From the NCBI GenBank assembly GCA_963674705.1, contig OY771506.1:3616001-3680000 (forward strand): a stretch of DNA of 64,000 bases, in the 5' to 3' direction. Positions within the stretch are counted from its first letter, which is position 1, and each line of letters begins with the position of its first letter. The DNA comes from Phycisphaeraceae bacterium. Its GTDB lineage: Bacteria; Planctomycetota; Phycisphaerae; Phycisphaerales; Phycisphaeraceae. Position numbers and translations under genes: made by a program. Positions 18,675 to 27,256 of this stretch are shown here, in pieces. The notes under the pieces are model-generated. The model did no database searches. It worked only from the letters and a program-made list of their open reading frames with translations, and was not told the origin of the DNA.

Positions 18675-18699
18675 GCCCCACCAATTGGTGGGGCGTTTT
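18675..18699 (+). terminator. Intrinsic terminator, near-identical to the rpsG terminator
   Basis: GCCCCACCAATTGGTGGGGC (perfect 20-bp palindrome) followed by GTTTT. Confidence 0.75.
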
Positions 18700-18868
18700 G
18701 TTTACCCATATTGACATTCGTGAAGAACGCTTCTTGTTTTCCATAGGGAAAAATGGAAAAGTACTTTAATACACGCACGGAATATTATAGAATTATTGCG
18801 TGCCGTGATTCTCCCCACAGCATGCCGTGTCTCCCAGATTTTTTTTTTTATCCTTGGAGGTTGTGTTC

Positions 18869-20551
18869 ATGCTTCCGACAACACGATGGGTTCTTGCCGG
18901 CTTCTCCCACTGGCGAGCCCTAGTAACCTGCTTGGTATTTCTTACAGCTACGTTCACCAACGCAGCGATCATCAACACCGCACAGCCCTTTATCGGGGTG
19001 ACGCATTACCAGATCATCGAAGCTGAAGATGGCTCCACGCTGAACGCAGGTTTATTCAACCTGCCCCGGCCCGTCGTCATCAACATCATGGAAATCGATC
19101 CGGATGCTGAAGGCGTCAGCTTCCTGATGCAGCCGGATAACGGCATAAAGCCGGGCGAAGTCACACGCACGACCACCAGTGATTTTGTCGACAGCGTTAA
19201 CGCACAGATCGGCATCAACGGCGACTTCTATAGTGATGCCGGCTCTTCAGGCAGTGAAAACTACGCCAACCTTACACACACCAACGCTTCCAATGGCATC
19301 ATTTACTCTGCCAGCTTCGTCAACAACGAGCCTATTTTCAATATCTCTCAAAACAACAATCCAAGAATAGTCACCGCAAATGGTGCTGATTCCTATACAA
19401 ACAATCAGGGAGTCACGCTCTACAACGCGATCGGTGGTAATCAGCGAATCGTCAAAGGCGGCGTCAACACAGCGCCCAATGACAGCTATACCAACGCGCT
19501 GAATCCGCACACCGCGATCGGCATCACCTACGACGGACACGTTTTACTCATGACCGTTGATGGACGTCAGACAAATTACAGCGAAGGCATGCGCACCAGC
19601 GAAATGGCTGACCTGCTGATCAACTACTTCAACACCAGGCAAGCCATCAATATCGATGGTGGCGGCTCGACCACCATGGTCATGGATGACAGCAATGACG
19701 GTCTCGCTAACACGCGCGTCATCAACAGCCCAAGCGATGGCTCATCCACTTACGAGCCCGGTTACGAAAGGCTCGTTGCCAATAACTTCGCGGTATTCGC
19801 AACGCCTAATCCGGACTATGTTCCGTTAGCACAACCCGCCAGACCGGAGCCACCGGGGGCTCAACCATTTATTACCGACCTGGCTGTCTTCGATGACTTC
19901 GAGGCTACCAAAGGCCACTTCACCAACACGCCGAGTTTCTCCGCCAGTTCCCACAATGTAGCTGCCAGTTCAACCGCCGCGCTGGATAGCGAATTCGCTC
20001 AGGACGGACAGATGTCGCTGCGCCTGGATATCGATAATACAAACGAAACGCCTGAAAGCATGCAACTGCGTCTCGTTTCCGGTACGTCGCACCCTCTGAC
20101 AAACCTCTACGACGAAGACAAAGCCATGAGCAGCGAGGGATATGTCGGCCTGTTTCTGAGATTAGAGCCGGGTAATGATCCACTCTATATCAGCATGCTG
20201 CTGGACGATGGCATCGTCACCAATCACCGCCAGGAACGCGCGGTGTTCCAGGAAGTCATCGCGGACGGCAAGTGGCATCTCTATCAATGGGACCTGTCAG
20301 ACAGTTCGCAGTGGCAAAACTACAACGGTGGCAATGATGTGATCGATGGACCCAATGCTTTCATCGATTCGCTTTACTTCAGCTCCGCGCCTGCGACTTC
20401 AGGCGGCAGCAACTGGTCCGGCACTGTCTGGATCGACACGATCGCATACAACCCGGATGGCGATTTAAGCAGCCTGGTTCCGGAGCCATCAAGCATGATG
20501 CTGATGCTAACGGGAATAATCGGTCTTAATATCAGGCGAAAACTTTCATAA
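18869..20551 (+). CDS. Phosphodiester glycosidase (NAGPA-like) protein with a PEP-CTERM tail
   Basis: IGINGDF, PHTAIGIT, TVDGRQ..SEGM and AINIDGGGST motifs; C-terminal VPEPSS + TM + RRK; GGAGG RBS before the ATG at 18869. Confidence 0.85.
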   Translation: MLPTTRWVLAGFSHWRALVTCLVFLTATFTNAAIINTAQPFIGVTHYQIIEAEDGSTLNAGLFNLPRPVVINIMEIDPDAEGVSFLMQPDNGIKPGEVTRTTTSDFVDSVNAQIGINGDFYSDAGSSGSENYANLTHTNASNGIIYSASFVNNEPIFNISQNNNPRIVTANGADSYTNNQGVTLYNAIGGNQRIVKGGVNTAPNDSYTNALNPHTAIGITYDGHVLLMTVDGRQTNYSEGMRTSEMADLLINYFNTRQAINIDGGGSTTMVMDDSNDGLANTRVINSPSDGSSTYEPGYERLVANNFAVFATPNPDYVPLAQPARPEPPGAQPFITDLAVFDDFEATKGHFTNTPSFSASSHNVAASSTAALDSEFAQDGQMSLRLDIDNTNETPESMQLRLVSGTSHPLTNLYDEDKAMSSEGYVGLFLRLEPGNDPLYISMLLDDGIVTNHRQERAVFQEVIADGKWHLYQWDLSDSSQWQNYNGGNDVIDGPNAFIDSLYFSSAPATSGGSNWSGTVWIDTIAYNPDGDLSSLVPEPSSMMLMLTGIIGLNIRRKLS

Positions 20552-20558
20552 ATAATGC

Positions 20559-20587
20559 TTGACCGCAAGCGTGGAAAAGACTAACGT
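20559..20587 (+). promoter_or_regulatory. Candidate sigma-70 promoter for the riboswitch leader
   Basis: TTGACC-N17-TAACGT ending 20 bp upstream of the aptamer. Confidence 0.55.
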
Positions 20588-20607
20588 ACCACGCACAAAA
20601 TCCAGCG

Positions 20608-20722
20608 TCTTATCCAGAGTGGCAGAGGGAATGGGCCCGATGAAGCCACCGCAACCGTCACCGGCAAAGCCGGAAAGATTGGTGCGAACTCCCGCCCGGC
20701 CGTTTGGCTGGGGAAGATAAGA
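20608..20722 (+). ncRNA. SAM-I (S-box) riboswitch aptamer
   Basis: TCTTATCCAGAG...GAGGGAATGGGCCCGATGAAGCC.CCGCAACC...GGTGCGAACTCC...GAAGATAAGA matches the SAM-I consensus; P1 helix TCTTATC/GATAAGA. Confidence 0.95.
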
Positions 20723-20757
20723 GGCGGCCAGGACCTTTACCCAAACGTAAAGCCATG

Positions 20758-20790
20758 CCCCTTCTTGTCTTTGATAAGAAGGGTTTTTTT
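20758..20790 (+). terminator. Riboswitch expression-platform terminator
   Basis: CCCTTCTTGTC-TTT-GATAAGAAGGG + T7. Its 5' arm (TCTTGTC) can alternatively pair with the P1 3' strand GATAAGA as an antiterminator. Confidence 0.88.
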
Positions 20791-20866
20791 ATGCACGCGA
20801 GCCGACGTGTCCTCACGCCGGTGTCACAGGGATACCTTCAAGCGTCCGTATTCAAGGCGAAAAACC

Positions 20867-22138
20867 ATGAGCTACGTAAAATCACTTCAGTGCAAAGAGT
20901 GTCACGCAGAGTACGGCCTGGAGCCGTTAACCGTCTGTGACCACGACTTCGGCCCGTTGGAAGTCGCCTACGATTACGAGGCCATGAAAGGCAAGGTCAC
21001 ACGCGAATCTATCGAAGCCGGGCCGCGCTCGCTTTGGCGTTACAAAGACCTGCTGCCGATCGAAGGTGAACCCAAGGCCGGCTTCAACTCTGGTTTTACA
21101 CCACTGATTAAAGCCGACCGCCTTGCCGCAGAACTCGGTGTCAAAGAAATCTACATCAAGGACGACAGTGCGAATTACCCCTCGTTTTCCTATAAGGATC
21201 GCGTCGTTTCCGTTGCATTGACCAAGGCAATCGAATTCGACTTCGATACCGTCGGCTGTGCATCAACCGGCAACCTTGCTCATAGCGTCGCTGCTCACGC
21301 CGCCGCGGCAGGTCTGCGTGCTTGTGTGATGATCCCGCACGACCTGGAAGAAGGAAAGATTGTCGCTACGCTTTCCTTCGGCCCGCGCATGTTCAAAATC
21401 AAGGGTAACTACGACGACGTCAACCGCCTCTGTTCGCAAATTGCGGATAAATACAACTGGGCGATCGTTAACGTCAACCTGCGCCCGTACTACACCGAAG
21501 GTGCGAAAACACACGGCTTTGAGATCGCAGAACAGCTTGGCTGGAAGCTGCCTAAGCACACCGTCTCGCCCGTCGCCGGCGGAACGATCCTGCCCAAGAT
21601 CTGGAAGGGCTACCAGGAATTCATCAAGCTCGGTTTGGTCGAAGACAACAGTCCGAAGATTTACGCCGCCCAGGCCGACGGCTGCAACCCGATCGTGACC
21701 GCGTTGCGTGAGCAGCAGGAACTGTTCCACCCGCAGAAACCCCACACCATCGCCAAGAGCATCGCGATCGGCAACCCGGCCGACGGGTATTACGTCCTGA
21801 AGATCATCCGTGACTGCGGTGGCTGGGGGGAATCAGCAAGCGATCGAGAAATCCTCGATGCCATCAAACTGCTCGGTCGCACCGAGGGCATCTTCACAGA
21901 ACCGGCCGGCGGTACCACGCTCGCTTGTACGATCAAACTTATTCAATCGGGTCGTATCCCTCGCGATGAATCGATCTGCGTTTGCATCACCGGCAACGGT
22001 CTGAAGACCGTTGAAGTCATGCAAGGCCAGTTCGCCACCAGCCCCGTCATCAACGCGAAGATGAACGAGTTCGATGCGCTGGTCAAGGAACTAGAAGAAA
22101 CACATCCGCATACACCGTCAAAACTTCAAAAGATTTAA
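20867..22138 (+). CDS. Threonine synthase-like fold-type II PLP enzyme; probably a sulfur-carrier-dependent sulfhydrylase
   Basis: SLWRY, GFTPL, NYPSFSYKDR (PLP Lys), ASTGNLA, EGAKT, EPAGG and TGNGLK motifs; N-terminal CxxC; sits under a SAM riboswitch. Confidence 0.85.
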   Translation: MSYVKSLQCKECHAEYGLEPLTVCDHDFGPLEVAYDYEAMKGKVTRESIEAGPRSLWRYKDLLPIEGEPKAGFNSGFTPLIKADRLAAELGVKEIYIKDDSANYPSFSYKDRVVSVALTKAIEFDFDTVGCASTGNLAHSVAAHAAAAGLRACVMIPHDLEEGKIVATLSFGPRMFKIKGNYDDVNRLCSQIADKYNWAIVNVNLRPYYTEGAKTHGFEIAEQLGWKLPKHTVSPVAGGTILPKIWKGYQEFIKLGLVEDNSPKIYAAQADGCNPIVTALREQQELFHPQKPHTIAKSIAIGNPADGYYVLKIIRDCGGWGESASDREILDAIKLLGRTEGIFTEPAGGTTLACTIKLIQSGRIPRDESICVCITGNGLKTVEVMQGQFATSPVINAKMNEFDALVKELEETHPHTPSKLQKI

Positions 22139-22163
22139 GCGACTAGTAGCAACACATTCCGGT

Positions 22164-22288
22164 CCCTTCTCCCCTTGGGAGCCCCCGGATTAAGGCCAGG
22201 ATGAGGACCGGATTGATTATGTGCGAGTTAATCCTAAATGCACGCACAACTGGCCCTCACCCCGGCCCTCTCCCAAGGGGAGAGGGGG
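22164..22288. repeat. REP-like inverted pair (CCCTCACCCCGGCCCTCTCCC...GGGAGAGGG family)
   Basis: CCCTTCTCCCCTTGGGAG...GGCCAGGATGAGG is inverted to CCCTCACCCCGGCCCTCTCCCAAGGGGAGAGGG. Confidence 0.7.
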
Positions 22289-22318
22289 ATAAGCAAAATT
22301 AATCCTGGAGAATTAGCA

Positions 22319-22600
22319 ATGTCTTACACAGTTACCGTTCGAATCCCAACCGCACTTCGACCGCAGGTCGGCGATCAGGAATCTCTGCAAGTCGCCGGCG
22401 AAACCGTCGGTGCTGTCCTCGGCTCTCTCAACAGTGACTACCCTGACTTCGGCAAACGCCTCTACAAGAGCGAAACCGAAATCAACCGCTTCATCAATGT
22501 TTATGTCAACGATGAAGACATCCGATTCCTCGAAAACCTCCAGACCCCGCTAAAGGCCGGCGACGAGGTCTCAATCGTCCCCGCCATCGCGGGAGGCTGA
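22319..22600 (+). CDS. Ubiquitin-like sulfur carrier protein (MoaD/CysO family)
   Basis: VRIPTALR, FINVYVNDEDIRFL; ends IVPAIAGG-stop. Confidence 0.93.
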   Translation: MSYTVTVRIPTALRPQVGDQESLQVAGETVGAVLGSLNSDYPDFGKRLYKSETEINRFINVYVNDEDIRFLENLQTPLKAGDEVSIVPAIAGG

Positions 22601-22731
22601 TGGGGATGGAACGGATATAATCTACGGATTGCGCGGATAATGCTGATCAGAACGGTTGGCTAATTTGATAATCTGCGTCATCTGCGAAATCTATTGTTCA
22701 TTCGGTACCTGTTAATTCCGCGAATTTTAAA

Positions 22732-22986
22732 ATGTCTAAGACCACTAGAAAAACCTGGCTGACCTTCGAAGGCGGCAGGCAAAACGAACCTTGCCTGTGG
22801 AAGATGGCGACCCGTTTCCCGGGTGTGATGTTTGATATCCGACAGGCCAGCGTGCAGAAGGATATCGGTATCATGGCCGTGCTGTTTGAAGGCGATGAGG
22901 ACGAGGTCCAGGCCGCGCTGGATTATCTGGTTGAACAGGGCGTGCGCGTCGATCCGGTTGAGGGAGGCAGCAACGTTGCCCCTTAA
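22732..22986 (+). CDS. Stand-alone NIL-domain protein
   Basis: 84 aa; EPCLWKM, FDIRQASV, G.MAVLFEG and ALDYLVEQGVRVDP follow the NIL pattern. Confidence 0.75.
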   Translation: MSKTTRKTWLTFEGGRQNEPCLWKMATRFPGVMFDIRQASVQKDIGIMAVLFEGDEDEVQAALDYLVEQGVRVDPVEGGSNVAP

Positions 22987-23006
22987 GCTGTATTGGGAGT
23001 ATTAAC

Positions 23007-23441
23007 ATGCCGTTTCAAATACGCCCCTATGAAGAATCGGACATCACCGCTGTCGTCAACCTGTGGGATCAGTGTGACCTGATCGTACCTCAAAACGATC
23101 CGCATAAAGACATCATCGCGAAGACACGTTTTCAGCCGGAGTTGTTCCTCATCGCTCAACTCAACTGGCAACTGATCGGCACGGTCATGGCCGGTTACGA
23201 TGGCCACCGTGGCTGGATCAACTACCTTGCCGTCGACCCCGATTACAGACGCAAAGGTTACGGCCGCCTGCTCGTCGAGGCTGCCGAAAACCGGCTCAAG
23301 GAACTGGGCTGCCAGAAAGTGAACTTACAGATTCGAGGCACGAATAAACAACAACTCGCCTTCTACCGCGCTATCGGATACATCACCGAGGACCGCATCA
23401 GTATGGGTAAACGTATGGAATTGTTGGAAGAACAGGATTAG
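23007..23441 (+). CDS. GNAT acetyltransferase (YpeA-like)
   Basis: VMAGYDGHRGWINYLAVDP, RRKGYGR and GCQKVNLQIR motifs. Confidence 0.88.
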   Translation: MPFQIRPYEESDITAVVNLWDQCDLIVPQNDPHKDIIAKTRFQPELFLIAQLNWQLIGTVMAGYDGHRGWINYLAVDPDYRRKGYGRLLVEAAENRLKELGCQKVNLQIRGTNKQQLAFYRAIGYITEDRISMGKRMELLEEQD

Positions 23442-23543
23442 CTACAAAGGCACGCGAAAAACGCAAATCTGACTCATCTTCAATTTACGTCCATTGGCGT
23501 TTATTTACGGCTGGAAGATTTAAGATTCGATTTGGGAAAGAGA

Positions 23544-24677
23544 ATGACGCAAGAACTGGAACGCTATCACCGCCAGATGCTCCTGCCCGGTTTCGGGGAA
23601 GAGGGCCAACGCAAACTGCTTAAAGCCAAGGTCCTTATCGTCGGCTGCGGCGCGCTCGGTACGGTGATCGTCAACATGCTCGCACGCGCCGGCGTTGGGC
23701 ACCTCGTGATCGTCGACCGCGACTTCATCGAAATCACCAACCTGCAACGCCAGGTCCTCTTTGACGAAAACGATGTCAAGGAGGCGATCCCCAAGGCCGA
23801 AGCCGCCAAACGCAAGATCGCGCAGGTCAATTCGCAGATCAAAGTCGATGCGGTTGTTGACGATGTGAACCACACCAACATCGAACGTCTGGCAACACAA
23901 CTTCCCGGCGTCGGCAAAGTCGACCTCATCATGGACGGCGTCGACAACTTCGAAACGCGCTACCTCGCCAACGATGTCGCCGTCAAGCACGGCATCCCCT
24001 ACGTCTACGGCGGGGCGGTCGGTACGGTCGGTGCGTCTTATGCTGTACTACCGCATACCGAAGCGGCTGACACGCCATGGGAGCAAGCAGGCCTCGCGAC
24101 GCCTTGCCTGCGCTGCATCTTCGAGCAAGCCCCGCCGCCCGGTGTGAATCCGACCTGCGACACCGCCGGCGTCATCGGCCCCGCAGTCTCGATCGTCGCT
24201 AACTATCAGGTCGCTGAGGCGCTCAAGATCCTTACCGGCAACCTCGACAAGGTTTGCCCGACTATGCTCAACCTCGACCTCTGGTCCAACATGATCAAGC
24301 AGTTCAAGGTCGCACGCGCTTACGACGTAGGCGAATGCCTCTGCTGTAAGCAACATAAATACGAATACCTCGACGGCTTGTTCGGAAGTTCAACGACAAC
24401 TCTCTGCGGCCGCAACGCCGTCCAACTCAATATGAAGACAGGCGAGGGCGATTCATCGCCCGGCTCCAACAGTTCAAAACTCGACTTCACCGAAATCGCC
24501 AAACGCCTCGAATCCCACGGCAAAGTCACCGCCAACAAGTTCATGCTCCGTGCCGATATCACCGACAACGGCGAACCCTACGAACTGACTCTCTTCAGCG
24601 ACGGCCGGGCGATTGTAAAAGGCACTAAACACGCGAACGTGGCAAAGAGCATCTACGCCAAATACGTGGGGGCGTAA
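23544..24677 (+). CDS. MoeB/ThiF-family sulfur-carrier adenylyltransferase (no rhodanese domain)
   Basis: ERYHRQ, GCGALG, DRD..E.TNLQRQ, DNFETR, CLRC, PTCDTAGV and TLCGRNAVQ motifs. Confidence 0.92.
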   Translation: MTQELERYHRQMLLPGFGEEGQRKLLKAKVLIVGCGALGTVIVNMLARAGVGHLVIVDRDFIEITNLQRQVLFDENDVKEAIPKAEAAKRKIAQVNSQIKVDAVVDDVNHTNIERLATQLPGVGKVDLIMDGVDNFETRYLANDVAVKHGIPYVYGGAVGTVGASYAVLPHTEAADTPWEQAGLATPCLRCIFEQAPPPGVNPTCDTAGVIGPAVSIVANYQVAEALKILTGNLDKVCPTMLNLDLWSNMIKQFKVARAYDVGECLCCKQHKYEYLDGLFGSSTTTLCGRNAVQLNMKTGEGDSSPGSNSSKLDFTEIAKRLESHGKVTANKFMLRADITDNGEPYELTLFSDGRAIVKGTKHANVAKSIYAKYVGA

Positions 24678-24713
24678 TTTAATCAACCCAGGGGTGGGTC
24701 CAGGAGTAAACCA

Positions 24714-25205
24714 ATGGCAATCAACAGCACCGTGAAACACAACCTGCACTTTGGTGTCGGCTACCTCAAGATGTTGCTTCAAGGTATCGATGCCGACAAT
24801 CTGGCGAAGCAGCCGCAACCCGGTATGAATCATCCGCTCTGGATCGTCGGGCACCTTGCATGGACAAATGAATTCCCCGCGGGTCTGCTAGGCGTGACTT
24901 ACAAAGTCCCCGAAGGTTGGGACAAACTTTTTGGGATGAAGTCCGAGCCTACTGATGATGCCTCGAAGTATCCGGACTTGCAGACACTGCTTGCCGAACT
25001 GGATAAGGGTGTTGAAGCCATCGGCCCCGCGCTGGAAAGCATCACGGAAGAACAACTGGCTGCGCAGATGCCCAACGAAGGCTTTCGTCAAATGATGCCG
25101 ACCGTCGGCGACGGCCTGACCTTCATCCTCAACGGCCACATCACCTTCCATGCCGGCCAACTGTCCGCCTGGCGACGCGCCATAGGTATGCCACCGCTGT
25201 TCTGA
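24714..25205 (+). CDS. DinB/YfiT-superfamily protein
   Basis: NHPLWIVGHL ... HITFHAGQLSAWRR (His triad). Confidence 0.85.
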   Translation: MAINSTVKHNLHFGVGYLKMLLQGIDADNLAKQPQPGMNHPLWIVGHLAWTNEFPAGLLGVTYKVPEGWDKLFGMKSEPTDDASKYPDLQTLLAELDKGVEAIGPALESITEEQLAAQMPNEGFRQMMPTVGDGLTFILNGHITFHAGQLSAWRRAIGMPPLF

Positions 25206-25258
25206 TACCATGGGCTTAAAGTTAGTCGATTTGCACGCTAAAACTGAGGAATTCCGAA

Positions 25259-25747
25259 ATGTCTGAAGTCATCAAAGGCCTGCTCCTTGTTTGGAACAAG
25301 AACAAAGACTACGGCCAGAAACTCGTCGCCGACCTGTCCGAGCAGCAGATGGTCGTCCAGCCCGGCCCCGGTGCGAATCACCCCGCCTGGGTGCTCAGCC
25401 ACCTGAACGCATACCATCCCGCGATCGAGTGCATCATCAAGGGTGAAGCCTTCGAAGACCCGAAAGATCATCCGTTCGGCATGAAAAGCAAACCCGAACC
25501 CGATCGGTCAATCTATGCGTCCAAAGACGAACTGATTGCCAGCTACATCAAGGGGCACGACGCGGTTGAAGTTGCACTCAGTACCGCAACCGATGATGTA
25601 TTCAACAACAAGATCAACCTTGAACGTTGGCTCAAGGTCCTGCCGACAGCGGGTGTCGCGCTACCTTACCTGATGGCGATGCACGAAAATATCCATCTCG
25701 GTCAACTCAGCGCCTGGCGCCGCGTGCAGGGGTTACCGAGCGTATGA
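25259..25747 (+). CDS. DinB/YfiT-superfamily protein (paralog of the upstream gene)
   Basis: NHPAWVLSHL ... HENIHLGQLSAWRR. Confidence 0.85.
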   Translation: MSEVIKGLLLVWNKNKDYGQKLVADLSEQQMVVQPGPGANHPAWVLSHLNAYHPAIECIIKGEAFEDPKDHPFGMKSKPEPDRSIYASKDELIASYIKGHDAVEVALSTATDDVFNNKINLERWLKVLPTAGVALPYLMAMHENIHLGQLSAWRRVQGLPSV

Positions 25748-25755
25748 GGCATTCG

Positions 25756-26943
25756 ATGATCTACTTCGACAACGCATCAACGAGTTTCCCCAAAGCCCCG
25801 GGTGTGAACGAGGCGATGGCCAAGTTCCTCGCCGAAGACGCAGCCAATCCGGGCCGCGCCGGCCACCGCATGGCGATCGCCGCCGACCAGATGGTGGACG
25901 CTGTTAGGCTCAAACTCGCCAGGCTCTTCGAGGCCGACAACCCGCATCGCTTCGTCTTTGCGCTTAACGGAACCGATGCGCTTAACATCGCGATCAAAGG
26001 TGTACTTGCACCCGGCAGTAATGGCAGTGACACACACGTCATCACGACCGATCTCGAGCACAACTCCGTCAGTCGGCCGCTGCAGGCGATGGCCGACCGC
26101 GGCGCGATCGAGCTGACGCGCATCACCTTTGATGATGACGGCTTCGTTGACCCCGAGGACATCCGCAAGGCTATCAAACCCAGCACGCGCTTGATCGTCA
26201 TGACGCACGCATCGAATGTGCTCGGCACGATCCAGGATACCGAGGTAGTGGGGTGGATCGCACGCGAGCACGATGTGCTTTTCTGTCTGGATGCCGCGCA
26301 GACCGCGGGCGTGCTGCCGATCTCGGTTAAGCAGATGAATATCGACCTGCTTGCCATGCCGGGCCACAAGTCTCTGCTTGGTCCGACGGGTACCGGTGCG
26401 CTCTACGTTGGCGAACGTTGTCCGGTAACGTCGGTGGATGTGGCGGATACCTCACGCTTCAATCCCTGGCGGGAAGGCGGCACAGGCGGCGACAGTGCCA
26501 CGCCCACGCAGCCCGCGGAGTTCCCGCACTACCTGGAAGGCGGAACCCCCAACACCGTCGGCATCGTCGGCCTGGGAGCCGGCATCGACTACATCAATCA
26601 GAAAGGCATCAGTTCCATCCTCAAGCACGAACAGGCTATGGTGCAGACCCTGATCGATCGCTTCGATAACGACGATCGCTTCACGGTCTACGGCACGCGC
26701 GATACCACACGACGCGTCGGAACACTCTCGCTGAACATCCAGGGGTACGACGTGCCTGATGTCGGCTCGATTCTGGATGACACTTTCAATATCGCTATCC
26801 GTCCTGGCCTGCACTGTGCGCCTTATACACACCGCAGGCTTGGCACCTTCCCCGATGGCACTGTCCGCCTCAGCCCCGGTGCATTTAACACGGATGATGA
26901 TCTGAACCAACTCATCGATGCGCTCGACCAGATCGCTGGTTGA
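25756..26943 (+). CDS. Cysteine desulfurase family protein (class V PLP, SufS-like group)
   Basis: IYFDNASTS, EHNS, HASNVLG, DAAQTAG, PGHKSLLGPTG and RPGLHCAP (catalytic Cys) motifs. Confidence 0.9.
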   Translation: MIYFDNASTSFPKAPGVNEAMAKFLAEDAANPGRAGHRMAIAADQMVDAVRLKLARLFEADNPHRFVFALNGTDALNIAIKGVLAPGSNGSDTHVITTDLEHNSVSRPLQAMADRGAIELTRITFDDDGFVDPEDIRKAIKPSTRLIVMTHASNVLGTIQDTEVVGWIAREHDVLFCLDAAQTAGVLPISVKQMNIDLLAMPGHKSLLGPTGTGALYVGERCPVTSVDVADTSRFNPWREGGTGGDSATPTQPAEFPHYLEGGTPNTVGIVGLGAGIDYINQKGISSILKHEQAMVQTLIDRFDNDDRFTVYGTRDTTRRVGTLSLNIQGYDVPDVGSILDDTFNIAIRPGLHCAPYTHRRLGTFPDGTVRLSPGAFNTDDDLNQLIDALDQIAG

Positions 26944-26962
26944 TTGGTGAGTGTTTCTTGTA

Positions 26963-26991
26963 CCCAACGCCGGTCCTGAGCGTAGCGAAGG
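26963..26991 (+). repeat. Dispersed 29-bp repeat, copy 1
   Basis: CCCAACGCCGGTCCTGAGCGTAGCGAAGG; a reverse-complement copy with 2 mismatches lies at 36058-36086. Confidence 0.8.
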
Positions 26992-27069
26992 TCCGGGTGG
27001 TTTTCATGTTCAATCTTCGATGTTCAATGTGCAATCTGATTAACGGTTAGAGCGTTCTCGATCCAATCG

Positions 27070-27156
27070 TGGGGGCGCCACACTTTGGCCCGAAGGGTAA
27101 AGTGTGCACTGTCAACGCACACTTTGCTGCTGGGCAGTCAAAGTGCGGCACCCCCA
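27070..27156. repeat. REP-like inverted pair
   Basis: GGGGGCGCCACACTTTG...AAAGTGTG and CACACTTTG...CAAAGTGCGGCACCCCC; a related single copy lies near 50615-50648. Confidence 0.6.
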
Positions 27157-27194
27157 AGCACTACGCTTGGTTATAGAGTGCACTGGCGCCCAAG

Positions 27195-27227
27195 AAAAAA
27201 CCCACGCCCGGTAAAGGGCGTGGGTTT
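27195..27227 (-). terminator. Intrinsic terminator of the porin-like gene (possibly bidirectional)
   Basis: AAAAAA-CCCACGCCC-loop-GGGCGTGGG-TTT. Confidence 0.8.
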
Positions 27228-27256
27228 GAGACTTCTTTACGAAACGGCTTGGCCGA

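Noticed and set aside
20867..22138. Assigning the symbol thrC
   Set aside because: Family membership is clear, but the SAM riboswitch and adjacent sulfur carrier make threonine synthesis doubtful.
22238..22318. N-terminal extension of the sulfur carrier
   Set aside because: It translates a REP-like repeat; a GGAG RBS supports the ATG at 22319.
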